The notes under the pieces: model-generated
Told to the model about the DNA's origin: nothing
The model's input: the letters and a program-made list of their open reading frames with translations, nothing else
Databases searched by the model: none
In this document: piece by piece, positions 1 through 9,100 of the stretch
Layout: each line of letters opens with the position of its first letter
Position numbering within the stretch: position 1 is the first letter of the stretch
NCBI GenBank assembly: GCA_015661185.1
Contig: JACVXU010000013.1
Coordinates: 1-59,955, forward strand
Source of the DNA: Bacteroidota bacterium
Lineage (GTDB): Bacteria > Bacteroidota > Ignavibacteria > UBA10030
DNA length: 59,955 bases
Reading direction: 5' to 3'
Position numbers and translations under genes: made by a program

Positions 1-375
1 GCCTTCACCAGCCAAAGATAATGAAATACTCCTCCGAGTGCCACAATGTAGACCAGCCGGTGGAGCTGCTGCCATCGTCTCCCTCCCATCCATTTCACAT
101 CGCAAACCCTCGACGTAAGGCCATTGGAGAAAACTCTGGTTCTGACCAGGCATTTGCTCGGGCCGATAGACCGTTTCAAATTCATCGGAATCATACGGCC
201 CTTTCTGCCCTCGGGGCCATCGGTCCTCGCTTCTCGCTGGATCGGGGAACGCCAATGTTGACGCCAGCCCAAGGCCGGCCACGGATGCGGCACGGATGAA
301 GTCGCGACGATTGAGGTAGAGATGTTCAGGTGTGATTTCTGAAGTCTTGAGATCCCCGGTTCGATTGATCAGCAT
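1..375 (-). pseudogene. Composite remnant of msrP (periplasmic Mo-dependent methionine sulfoxide reductase) fused out of frame to the C-terminal part of msrQ; runs off the left edge
   Basis: Minus-strand translation from ATG at 375 gives MLINRTGDLKTSEITPEHLYLNRRDFIRAASVAGLGLA, a typical MsrP Tat leader. After only about 20 more residues it reads FETVYRPEQMPGQNQSFLQWPYVEGLR, which matches E. coli MsrP around FETIYAPEQMPGQ...YPYVEGLR, a region that normally lies about 130 aa further in. From about nt 98 a different frame reads KWMGGRRWQQLHRLVYIVALGGVFHYLWLVK, matching the MsrQ motif [28 protein letters not shown]. The ORF track does not list it because it has no stop inside the window. Confidence 0.55.
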
Positions 376-479
376 GCATCACCCTTCCAGTGTGGACGAC
401 ACAAGGATAGAACACACCGGGGAATGACTTCGTTCCTCGCCTGGATGCGGTCACATGAGCGCGGACGAAGCTGTGTGGT

Positions 480-2090
480 TCACCCTCTATTCTGATGCCA
501 CCAGCGGTCGACGACGTCCGGGATTTCCGTCTTCACCTCGCTCTGCTTCCACTTATCGAAGAATTTGATGTCAGCACTGCTCGGCTCCGGATCGGGAAAG
601 TCGATTTGGACGCGGAGCGGCATGGGGATAGCCTCTCCGACGATGAGAGCCTCCCCCTGTCGCAACGAGGGGAGCGTGTCGATGAGTCCGGAGAACGTAT
701 CAGACATCAGCTTGCCCACATAGCCTTGATCGACGGGGTTTGTCAAGCGGAGAATGACGAAGTTGTTGCATTGTGAGAGAATTGTTTCAGAGACCTCCGA
801 CGGCCGCTGGCTCACGATCATACAACTTACGCCGTACTTACGACCTTCCTTCGCAATGCGCTCAACCGTACGCCGCGCTGCCCCCCCCGTGGCTCCGCCG
901 CTGGGGAGATAGTTGTGAGCCTCTTCGAAGACGAGGAGAATGGGAAAGTCGCGTCGTCTGGCGTTCCAGAAATTGAAATCGAAGGCGAGGCGGGCGATCA
1001 ACGACACGATGGTGTTCACAATATCGAACGGAACGCCGCTCAAGTCCATGATCGTCACGCGGGATTCTTGCGTTCGTCCAAAGATCCTGTTCAACAAATC
1101 TGCGAACGAGGAAGACTGTACGTATTGTTTGGGCTTGAACATAAACGCGTATCTCGGATCGTTCAAACGGCTGTCTAGCCGGACAAGGAATCTGGTGAAC
1201 TTTCCATAGAACGGACCTTCCTTTGAGATGGAGCCGCTCGACCCGGTGATTCTCTCCGTGTCGTAGTATTGGAGCTTGGCCCGCACTTCTGCAAGGTCGA
1301 AATACAATGGCGTGTCAACTGTAAGGATATCCGCCAACCCGGGGTTCTTTCCTTTTTTCGATGCGACAATGAGGTCCTTGAAGACAGTGAGTTGGATGGC
1401 CGAGTTCTCGTCGCGTTCGTCAATAAATGTTTCCTGGAGCTCCGCGAGGTTCATCAGCCAGAACGGAAGCTCGAGCTCAGCGATATCGAGATGCTGGCTC
1501 GTCTCCGGGAAGGCGTTACTGTACTCATTGTGGATATCGAGGATGATGATGTTGGTGTCCGGATACACCGCCACCTTCTGCAAGATGGAAGAAACTGTAC
1601 ACGATTTGCCGGAACCGCTGGAACCGAGAACTGCCAGGTGCTTTCCGAAAAACTTGTTTGGATCCAGGTATGAGCGCTCACGTTCGAAGAGAGAGAGTTG
1701 TCCAATCGAGAATCCATACTTCCGGAACACGGAGAATACAGCGGTCAGGTCGGCATCTTCTGCAATGAAGACCGGAGAATCAACCGGCGGGATGACCGAG
1801 ACGCCACGTTCGTATCGACCGGATTTGACGGTCCCCACAAGGCTGAGGTCCATGACGCACCGCTGACTCAGTTTGCCGTTCTCAGAGAGATCGATCTTCT
1901 TGAATTCCGATACCATAGCAACGACGATGACCTTTGCCACTGGAATCAGGACATAGCTGCCGACCTGTCCAACATAGTAGATCTTGCCATTGAGTTCCCT
2001 GGCAAGGTTCTTGATGTCGGCATCGACGACGGCTATCAGAGTACCGCTCGTAACTCCCGTGACAACGCCGACTCGTTTTTGTTCTGTCAT
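480..2090 (-). CDS. HerA-like (DUF87, FtsK-HerA superfamily) P-loop ATPase
   Basis: 536-aa ORF. N-terminal barrel-like segment VGVVTGVTSGTLIAVVD...YYVGQVGSYVLIPV; Walker A LAVLGSSGSGKSCTV; Walker B-like PILLVFEEAHNY; GRKYGVSCMIVSQRPSEVSETILSQCNNFVILRL. This is the typical HerA/DUF87 layout. Confidence 0.85.
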   Translation of the reverse strand: MTEQKRVGVVTGVTSGTLIAVVDADIKNLARELNGKIYYVGQVGSYVLIPVAKVIVVAMVSEFKKIDLSENGKLSQRCVMDLSLVGTVKSGRYERGVSVIPPVDSPVFIAEDADLTAVFSVFRKYGFSIGQLSLFERERSYLDPNKFFGKHLAVLGSSGSGKSCTVSSILQKVAVYPDTNIIILDIHNEYSNAFPETSQHLDIAELELPFWLMNLAELQETFIDERDENSAIQLTVFKDLIVASKKGKNPGLADILTVDTPLYFDLAEVRAKLQYYDTERITGSSGSISKEGPFYGKFTRFLVRLDSRLNDPRYAFMFKPKQYVQSSSFADLLNRIFGRTQESRVTIMDLSGVPFDIVNTIVSLIARLAFDFNFWNARRRDFPILLVFEEAHNYLPSGGATGGAARRTVERIAKEGRKYGVSCMIVSQRPSEVSETILSQCNNFVILRLTNPVDQGYVGKLMSDTFSGLIDTLPSLRQGEALIVGEAIPMPLRVQIDFPDPEPSSADIKFFDKWKQSEVKTEIPDVVDRWWHQNRG

Positions 2091-2112
2091 AAGGATCCTC
2101 GTCTGGAAATCA

Positions 2113-3357
2113 CTAATGATCGGCTATGTTCAGCCGCTTGATAACAACGATCGTCTTATCGTCCCCTTCGTCGGACGCTGATGAGTACTGCAGCACATCG
2201 TCCAGCAAGCGTCGGCAGATCTCTTTGGCGGTGAGGTGCGCCGTGTCTTTAATACTTCGCTCCAACCGATCATCACCATACATTGCTCCTCCTCCGACGG
2301 CTTCGACCACACCATCGGTATACAAAACGACGACATCACCCTTGTTCAGATGGGTGTTGTCCACCTTGTAGACCCCATCGGGAAACGGTCCCATAATCTG
2401 CCCCGTTGCCTCCAGGAGGTCGATGCGCTTCTCAATCGCCCGGTACACCATCGGACTATTGTGTCCCGCATTCGAGTAGAGAAGCAGTCCTTTGGGGTCA
2501 TTCGAGAGCTCAGCGTAAAACATCGTAACGAATTGTTCCTCGGCAAATGTCTTGTTTACCAGTTTGTTAAGACGAGACATCAGCGCACTGATTTTCGTGT
2601 GATAGCTGATGCCCATTCTGAGTGCACCGGAAACGTAGAGTGCCTGCGCAGCAGCTCTGAATCCCTTGCTCGCCGCATCGCCGATCACGACGCTGAGCCT
2701 ATCATCCTCCTCATTGGGTAGAAGGTAATCAAAAAAGTCACCTCCCACGACCCGATCGGGAATCGAGACACCGTAAAGTTCATAGTGGTGAAAGTTCAGT
2801 GCGTGTTGCGGAAGGATACTCTGCTGAATCTCACGAGCCTTGTCAAGGTCCTTTTCGAGCAGGTACGCCTTGCGTTCCACCTTTTTCCCGCGAAGGAGGG
2901 CAGTCACGGCAAGGCTGATGATGTTAAGATCGGCCAGGAGCGACTCTTCGAGCTTTTCCGAGTTGAACGCGAGGATATACTGAGGCACCTTTCCTTTCTT
3001 CGGATCGATCTTTTCGCCAACCGCTGTCGCAGCATACTTGACAATCCCCTTTTTCCTGAGATATCGATCCGTTTCGTTCGCGATCACCGACCGATGATCT
3101 GCAAGCTGATAGAAAATGGGGTAGTTCGCGAGCCCGATCTTGTAACCCGGCTCAAGTCGTTCGATCACACCGATTTGATGGATGAGACGGTAGGAACCTG
3201 TGGCGGGCTCGTATTGCCAGATCCGCCCCCCTTTGATATTGATCATCTCATCCTTGACGATTTCGTTCAAAACGTGCTTGAGCAACTCCTTGTCCGTCTT
3301 GAAATCGTGATGTGCGAAACTTTCAATTGTTCGGTACAGCCGACGCTGGTTCATCAT
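2113..3357 (-). CDS. GAF-domain-containing PP2C/SpoIIE-family serine phosphatase (RsbU-like)
   Basis: PP2C/SpoIIE motifs: VGGDFFDY, SVVIGDAASKGFRAAAQALYV, YSNAGHNSPMVY, VVLYTDGVVEA, DDKTIVVIKR. The preceding ~190 aa look GAF-like. I prefer the ATGATG start at 3357; the track start at 3471 is a TTG with no visible RBS. The stop lies 22 nt before the HerA start. Confidence 0.8.
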   Translation of the reverse strand: MMNQRRLYRTIESFAHHDFKTDKELLKHVLNEIVKDEMINIKGGRIWQYEPATGSYRLIHQIGVIERLEPGYKIGLANYPIFYQLADHRSVIANETDRYLRKKGIVKYAATAVGEKIDPKKGKVPQYILAFNSEKLEESLLADLNIISLAVTALLRGKKVERKAYLLEKDLDKAREIQQSILPQHALNFHHYELYGVSIPDRVVGGDFFDYLLPNEEDDRLSVVIGDAASKGFRAAAQALYVSGALRMGISYHTKISALMSRLNKLVNKTFAEEQFVTMFYAELSNDPKGLLLYSNAGHNSPMVYRAIEKRIDLLEATGQIMGPFPDGVYKVDNTHLNKGDVVVLYTDGVVEAVGGGAMYGDDRLERSIKDTAHLTAKEICRRLLDDVLQYSSASDEGDDKTIVVIKRLNIADH

Positions 3358-3520
3358 AACGAGGTAGAAACCTTTTCTTGTATCGCTGTGGGGAATTTGG
3401 CCTGAACTATGAACCGCTGACCTGGCGACGAAGCCACAGATTGGGTCTTCCGCTGAAGGTCCGACAGCCAATGCCGTGCAGGCAGGGCTCTTTCACCAAT
3501 CCGTAAACACTTGGTGGGTA

Positions 3521-3549
3521 ATTTTACCTCATTTCCTGGTGAAAATCAA
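3521..3549 (-). promoter_or_regulatory. Candidate sigma70-like promoter for the PP2C-HerA pair
   Basis: Minus strand reads TTGATT, a 17-nt spacer (ttcaccaggaaatgagg), then TAAAAT. It sits in the 234-nt gap after the ABC-2 permease stop. FCB-group promoters may follow a different consensus. Confidence 0.3.
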
Positions 3550-3591
3550 ATTTGTCACCCGGCCTAACGGCTGGACGCCGAACCGTGTTGT

Positions 3592-4716
3592 TCAGTCGAG
3601 CTTCTTTCGGAATCGCAGCGCGCTGGCCACGAGGATTGCAAGACCCATCGTAAGCAACATCACTGCCTGCGGCCAGAGCATGTCGATCCCCACGCCCTTG
3701 AGAATGATCGAGCGGATGATGACGAGATAGTATCGCATGGGAATGCACAGCGAGAGATATTGCAGGGGCATCGGCATGTTTTCAATTGGAAACACGAAGC
3801 CAGAAATATACATCATGGGCATCATGACAAAAAATATTGCGGTCATCATGGCTTGTTGCTGGGTCTTCGAAATCGTCGAGACAAATAGACCGATCCCCAG
3901 CGATGTCATCAGAAAAATGCCAGTGAGAACGAAGAGCAGGAGAACACTTCCTTTGATCGGGATACCGAAGCCGAAGACCATCACGGTGAGGACGACACAA
4001 ACGTTCGTCATACCGACGATGATGAATGGAAAGAGCTTCCCAAGGATCAACTCAAACGATCTGATCGGCGTCACCATAAGCTGCTCGAGCGTACCAATCT
4101 CCTTCTCTTTCACGATTGCCATCGCCGTCAGATTCGTCGTGGTAATGAGCAGGATGAGCACCAGCACCCCGGGAACCATGAAATTCCTGCTCTTCAATGA
4201 CGGATTGTACCATGCCCTCACCTCCGGATCGACCCGGCCAGCAGGCGCCCTCCCACCCAGCACTTCTGTGAGGATTCGAGTCGATGCCCCGATGATGATC
4301 TGGTTGATATATCCCATACTGATTGCCGCAGTGTTGCCTTCACTCCCATCCAGAATCACCTGGATTTTGGCAGGCTCTCTTCTCAACACCTTGTCGCCGA
4401 ATCGATGGGGTATCACGAGCGCCATCGTCACCTTGTTGTTGTCGATGTACTGCTGGATTGTGCTGTATTCCTCCGTTGCGTATTCCAGAGTGAAATACCC
4501 GGAGTTCGTGAACTTCTGGATCATCGAGCGGCTCTCGGCGGACTTGTCCAGATCACAGACAACCATCGAGATGTTCTTCACATCCAGTGATGCCGCGAAA
4601 CCAAGCAATGTCAACTGAAGAACCGGTGCGACAAAAATAATCGGTAGCAGCCGCCGGTCTTTGAACAACTGGCCGAATTCCTTCTTCAGGAGCGCTATGA
4701 TGCGTTGGAGACTCAC
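3592..4716 (-). CDS. ABC-2 type transporter permease (YbhR/YbhS-like)
   Basis: 374 aa. N-terminal TM helix, large extracytoplasmic loop, then 5 C-terminal TM helices, the ABC-2 membrane topology. Paralogue of the adjacent permease. Confidence 0.85.
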   Translation of the reverse strand: MSLQRIIALLKKEFGQLFKDRRLLPIIFVAPVLQLTLLGFAASLDVKNISMVVCDLDKSAESRSMIQKFTNSGYFTLEYATEEYSTIQQYIDNNKVTMALVIPHRFGDKVLRREPAKIQVILDGSEGNTAAISMGYINQIIIGASTRILTEVLGGRAPAGRVDPEVRAWYNPSLKSRNFMVPGVLVLILLITTTNLTAMAIVKEKEIGTLEQLMVTPIRSFELILGKLFPFIIVGMTNVCVVLTVMVFGFGIPIKGSVLLLFVLTGIFLMTSLGIGLFVSTISKTQQQAMMTAIFFVMMPMMYISGFVFPIENMPMPLQYLSLCIPMRYYLVIIRSIILKGVGIDMLWPQAVMLLTMGLAILVASALRFRKKLD

Positions 4717-4720
4717 GCCT

Positions 4721-5848
4721 CTATCCTATCGTCCGTTTAAATCGCAGCGTGCTGATGGTCAAAAGAACTGTTGCGAACAGAGCGAGGTACACGGCCTGTT
4801 CCCAGAACGCGGCAAGCCCGACTCCCTTGAGCAGAATGCTCCTGAGAATGACGAGGTAAAACTTTGCGGGTGTAACATTTGAAAGGATCTGCAGCCACCA
4901 GGGCATGCTGCGAATTGGGAACACAAATCCGGAAAGGAGGATCGTGGGAAGGATCGAAACGACAGCCGCGATCTGGAAGGCGACCTGCTGACTGTCTGAG
5001 ATGGTCGATACCAAGAGCCCGATGCTGAGCGCGGCGACGATGAAGAGAAGTGTCGCCCCGAAGAGAAGGAGCACGCTCCCCTTGATCACCACACCGAACA
5101 ACAGATAGGCAGCGAGAAGGACGAGAGCAGCGGCAACGAGGGAAATCGCTGCGTACGGGATCAGCTTCCCGATGATGAAATCGAAGGAGTGCACCGGCGA
5201 CACATTGATCTGTTCGATTGTGTTGCGCTCTTTTTCGCGGACAATCGAGAGCGACGTTGCGATGACGGCTGTGATCGCCAGGATAAAAGCGATGAGTCCC
5301 GGTACCAAGAACTTCGCACTTTTCAGTTCAGGGTTATACCAGATGCGTCCCTCATAGCTGATGGGGATATAGTTGGCACGGCCGATTTTTGCCAGGTTGG
5401 TCAGGACAATCTTCTGTGAATATTGAAGTGTGACCACCTGAGCAAAGCCGACAATAGTCGTCGCCGAGTTAGCGTCCATTCCATCGACCAGGATTTGAAT
5501 TGAGACGGCCTCGTTCGCAAGAAGGCGATCGGAAAATCCCGATGGAACAACCAGCACCATACGCACGTGACCATCATCGAGCATATGCGTGGCTTCTTCG
5601 GATGTCGCCAGGTCCTGTTTATAGTCGAAGTACCCTGAGTTCACAAACGCATTGATGAAATCGCGCGATCGTGCGGTTTTGTCCTGATTCACGACTGCGG
5701 TCTTGATATGATTGACGTCGAAGTTCAACGCGTAGCCGTTCAGCAGCAAGAGCGCGGCCGGGACGAGCGTCAGCACGGCGAGAACACGCTTGTCGCGCCG
5801 GATGTGCCTGAATTCCTTCTTGATAATCGGGAGTAACCGGTCAATCAT
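4721..5848 (-). CDS. ABC-2 type transporter permease (YbhS/YbhR-like)
   Basis: 375 aa with the same architecture as 3592-4716. Only 4 nt separate it from the downstream paralogue. Confidence 0.85.
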   Translation of the reverse strand: MIDRLLPIIKKEFRHIRRDKRVLAVLTLVPAALLLLNGYALNFDVNHIKTAVVNQDKTARSRDFINAFVNSGYFDYKQDLATSEEATHMLDDGHVRMVLVVPSGFSDRLLANEAVSIQILVDGMDANSATTIVGFAQVVTLQYSQKIVLTNLAKIGRANYIPISYEGRIWYNPELKSAKFLVPGLIAFILAITAVIATSLSIVREKERNTIEQINVSPVHSFDFIIGKLIPYAAISLVAAALVLLAAYLLFGVVIKGSVLLLFGATLLFIVAALSIGLLVSTISDSQQVAFQIAAVVSILPTILLSGFVFPIRSMPWWLQILSNVTPAKFYLVILRSILLKGVGLAAFWEQAVYLALFATVLLTISTLRFKRTIG

Positions 5849-5859
5849 GCTTCAATTCC

Positions 5860-6801
5860 TCAGGCGGCTCGTTTCGCTTCTTGATCCAGCAGAAAGATGA
5901 AGACGTCTTCCAGGGAGGGGGTTATTCGCTCGATGTTGTCCACTTGGATGTCCCGTTGATTCAGAATGCGTCGGATGTCTCTGCGCGCTTTTTTTTCGTC
6001 GGAGACACTGACATGCATATATGTCCCGAATACCGAGGTCTCGATAACCCACGCTTGCTCCTCAAGGAGTGCAAGGGCATCAATCACATTTGAGCACTGG
6101 ACTTCCAGAATCGGCGTCTTGATGTGCTCTTCCTTAAGCTGCTTCGGGCTCCCTCCCGCGATGATCTTTCCGGCATTGATCAGGATGATATCGTTGCAGT
6201 ATTCCGCCTCTTCGAGATAGTGGGTCGTCACAAGTACCGTGATTCCATCCGCAGAAAGATCGTTGATCAACTCCCAAAACCTACGCCTCATCAACGGATC
6301 GACGCCGCTTGTCGGTTCATCCAGAAACACGATTCGCGGCCTGTGCAAGACTGCACAACCCAGCGCCAGGCGCTGTTTCCATCCCCCGGAGAGTGTGCCC
6401 GTGATGCTCTTCTGGCGCCCCTTCAGGTTCGCCATCTCCAAAACCCACCGCTTTCGTTCTGCCAGCTCGCCGTTGCTCAATCCATACACTTTTCCGTAGA
6501 AATTGATGTTTTCATCGACCGTCAGATCTTCGTAGAGAGAGAACTTCTGCGACATATAGCCGATGGTTTCTTTCACTTTTTCAGGCTGGCTGTTGATATC
6601 AAAGCCCCCCACACGAGCCGTCCCCTGAGTGGACTGCAACAACCCGCAGAGCATGCGGATGGTCGTTGACTTTCCCGCGCCGTTGGCCCCCAAAAACCCG
6701 AAGATCTCCCCTTGCCTGACTCCAAAGTTAATGTGGTCAACGGCGCAGAATTCGCCAAAGAACTTCGTGAGATTTTCGACTTCGATTGCATTTACAGCCA
6801 T
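5860..6801 (-). CDS. ABC transporter ATP-binding protein
   Basis: Walker A GANGAGKSTT, signature LSGGWKQR, Walker B IVFLDEPTSGVD, H-loop TTHY. Confidence 0.9.
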   Translation of the reverse strand: MAVNAIEVENLTKFFGEFCAVDHINFGVRQGEIFGFLGANGAGKSTTIRMLCGLLQSTQGTARVGGFDINSQPEKVKETIGYMSQKFSLYEDLTVDENINFYGKVYGLSNGELAERKRWVLEMANLKGRQKSITGTLSGGWKQRLALGCAVLHRPRIVFLDEPTSGVDPLMRRRFWELINDLSADGITVLVTTHYLEEAEYCNDIILINAGKIIAGGSPKQLKEEHIKTPILEVQCSNVIDALALLEEQAWVIETSVFGTYMHVSVSDEKKARRDIRRILNQRDIQVDNIERITPSLEDVFIFLLDQEAKRAA

Positions 6802-6831
6802 GAGGCACCATCCATGCAGGTTCGTCCTGTA

Positions 6832-8145
6832 TTACTGCAATTCGCCGATCGCCTTATCGAGGCGGGCTTGCGCAAGTTCGTGATCGACAAGCGACTGTGT
6901 GAACTGCAACTTCGATTGCAGCAACGCCACTTCTGCGTCGAGGAGCTCGGAGCTTGTCGTGAGACCAGACTTGAACTTCTCTGCCGTGATCCGGTAGCTC
7001 TCATTCGCTTGCTCGACACTCAGCTCCGCCAGATGAATCCGTTCTTTTGCCTGCTGGTAGTTGAGGTAGCTCTGCATCACTTCCAGAGTGATTCCATCTC
7101 TGAGCGTTGCGAGGGCATCCTTGGTTTGCTCATACTGTGCCTTCGCCTGATTCGTCTGATGCATGACCGTCAGATTGTTCCATAGATCGAACTGCAACGA
7201 GATTCCAAAGTCCCATGTATCCTTAAACTCATCTTTCGATGGAAGGATCCTCTGGTTGGGTCGGGAATAGTAGTAGTTTCCGGTCAGGAAAATCTGCGGG
7301 AACCATCCGCCAGTAGCCGCCACAATCCCGGCGTCCGCCGCCTTGACTCGGGACTCGAGTGCAAGGACCTCAGGGCGCTGTTGAAAAGCGGATTTGAGGA
7401 TCGTCTCCAGCTCAGGGAAATCCTTCGTCGACGAGGTCGGGGGAGAAGCGATCCCGACCTTGGTATCGAGTGCGATACCAATAGTCGAATTGAAGACAAT
7501 GGCAGCGACACGAACATTGTTAGCAGCGTCACTCTGGAGAATTCTGGAATTCGACAACTGGACCTTCACCTTCAGGACATCATTCTTTGTCGCGAGCCCC
7601 TGGTTCAAGAAGTTCTCAATGTCCTGCAGATGTGCAGTGACCTGCGTGAGGTTTTCATCCGCCAGCCGTTGGACTTCCTTTGCGCGAAACAAACCCCAGT
7701 ATGCCGACCTGATGTTGAACACAAGCTCGGCTCTGTCTTTTGCGACATCGCTCCTGGATGCCTCGGCCTGGTACGAAGCGTTATCGGCAGCCCCCTGAAG
7801 CTTCCAGCCCGTGAACAGCGGCTGCTGGAGAGAAGCGCGAGCCGTGTACGTATTCGGGATGTACGGGAAGATTGTCGGGACACCCGGAAAGGGAATTTTG
7901 AATTCAGGCACTTCGCTCAGGTGTTGATACGAAGCCAGCAGTTTCAACGAGGGAAACAGCATGGCGGATATCTCGCTCGCCTTAGCGCCAGCGTATTCTG
8001 ACTTCATTTTTGAGGCGTGAAGAACTCTGCTGTTTTCAAGGCCGATGTTCACGCTTTCCCCAACCGTAAGCATCCTCGGCTGTGCGACGGAAGCCGCCCG
8101 CCCGAAGATAGACATCACTACACAGACGATAATGTACTTTTTCAT
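6832..8145 (-). CDS. TolC-family outer membrane efflux protein
   Basis: 437 aa with a signal peptide. Two repeated coiled-coil/beta halves with typical TolC-like sequence (LLASYQ..., ADAGIVAATGGWFPQI...). Confidence 0.8.
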   Translation of the reverse strand: MKKYIIVCVVMSIFGRAASVAQPRMLTVGESVNIGLENSRVLHASKMKSEYAGAKASEISAMLFPSLKLLASYQHLSEVPEFKIPFPGVPTIFPYIPNTYTARASLQQPLFTGWKLQGAADNASYQAEASRSDVAKDRAELVFNIRSAYWGLFRAKEVQRLADENLTQVTAHLQDIENFLNQGLATKNDVLKVKVQLSNSRILQSDAANNVRVAAIVFNSTIGIALDTKVGIASPPTSSTKDFPELETILKSAFQQRPEVLALESRVKAADAGIVAATGGWFPQIFLTGNYYYSRPNQRILPSKDEFKDTWDFGISLQFDLWNNLTVMHQTNQAKAQYEQTKDALATLRDGITLEVMQSYLNYQQAKERIHLAELSVEQANESYRITAEKFKSGLTTSSELLDAEVALLQSKLQFTQSLVDHELAQARLDKAIGELQ

Positions 8146-9089
8146 GACCGGTAGCCTTCCACAGTTTCTTGTGTTGCGAGCACCTCTGATAGAAGAGAGA
8201 TAAACACATTCTCCAACGATGGTCTGATGGTCCTTCTGTCCAGCACCTCGATTGAATTCTGTTTCAAGACATCAACAATCTTACGCATCCCCTTCTTTTC
8301 GTTTTCAACCACGATGTTCAGCCGGTCTCCAAATGCCTGCACTTCCCAAGCCACGGATTCGGATTTCAGCAACGCCGACGCTTTCCGAATGTCATTACAG
8401 ACCAGCTCGATCAAAGCCCCTTTCATACCCTCCTTCAGATTCTGCGGAGTATCGGCAACCAGAATCCGCCCTTTATTCATCATTGCAACGCGCGTGCAGC
8501 GTTCTGCCTCGTCCAAATAGGGTGTTGTCATCAGGATTGTGATTCCGGTTTTCAGCAGGCTCGACAGGATTTTCCAAAAATCACGCCTTGAAACCGGGTC
8601 GACACCGGCAGTCGGTTCATCCAGGAAAATGACTTCCGGCGTGTGGATCAACGTGCAGGCGAGAGCGAGTTTCTGCTTCATACCTCCCGAAAGGTTTTCG
8701 GCGAAACGAGACCGGAAAGGGGTCAAGCGGGTAAATTCCAGAAGCTCCTCGCGGCGCAGCCGGTAATCCCGGACCCGATGAATCTCCGCAAAAAACTCGA
8801 TATTCTCGTCGATCGTCAGGTCACCATACAGGCTGAATTTCTGCGATAGATAGCCGAGGCGGTTCTTCACTTCCGACGGCTGTTTCTGAACGTCAAATCC
8901 GCAAACAAGCAGCTCACCCTCGTCCGGAGGGACGATCCCGCAGAGCATTCGCATCGTCGTCGTCTTGCCGGCACCGTCTGGACCGACGAGCGCAAACATC
9001 TCGCCCTTCTTGACGCTCATGGACACAGAGTCAACGGCGCGGTGCTCCCCGAACAATTTGCTGACGGAGCGTAATTCAATGGTATTCAT
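8142..9089 (-). CDS. ABC transporter ATP-binding protein
   Basis: Walker A GPDGAGKTTT, signature LSGGMKQK, Walker B VIFLDEPTAGVD. Overlaps the TolC gene start by 4 nt. Confidence 0.9.
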   Translation of the reverse strand: MNTIELRSVSKLFGEHRAVDSVSMSVKKGEMFALVGPDGAGKTTTMRMLCGIVPPDEGELLVCGFDVQKQPSEVKNRLGYLSQKFSLYGDLTIDENIEFFAEIHRVRDYRLRREELLEFTRLTPFRSRFAENLSGGMKQKLALACTLIHTPEVIFLDEPTAGVDPVSRRDFWKILSSLLKTGITILMTTPYLDEAERCTRVAMMNKGRILVADTPQNLKEGMKGALIELVCNDIRKASALLKSESVAWEVQAFGDRLNIVVENEKKGMRKIVDVLKQNSIEVLDRRTIRPSLENVFISLLSEVLATQETVEGYRS

Positions 9090-9100
9090 ACTGATTCAGG

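Noticed and set aside
21-299. 92-aa plus-strand ORF at the left edge
   Set aside because: It lies opposite the msrP/msrQ-derived fragments, and the recognisable homology is on the minus strand.
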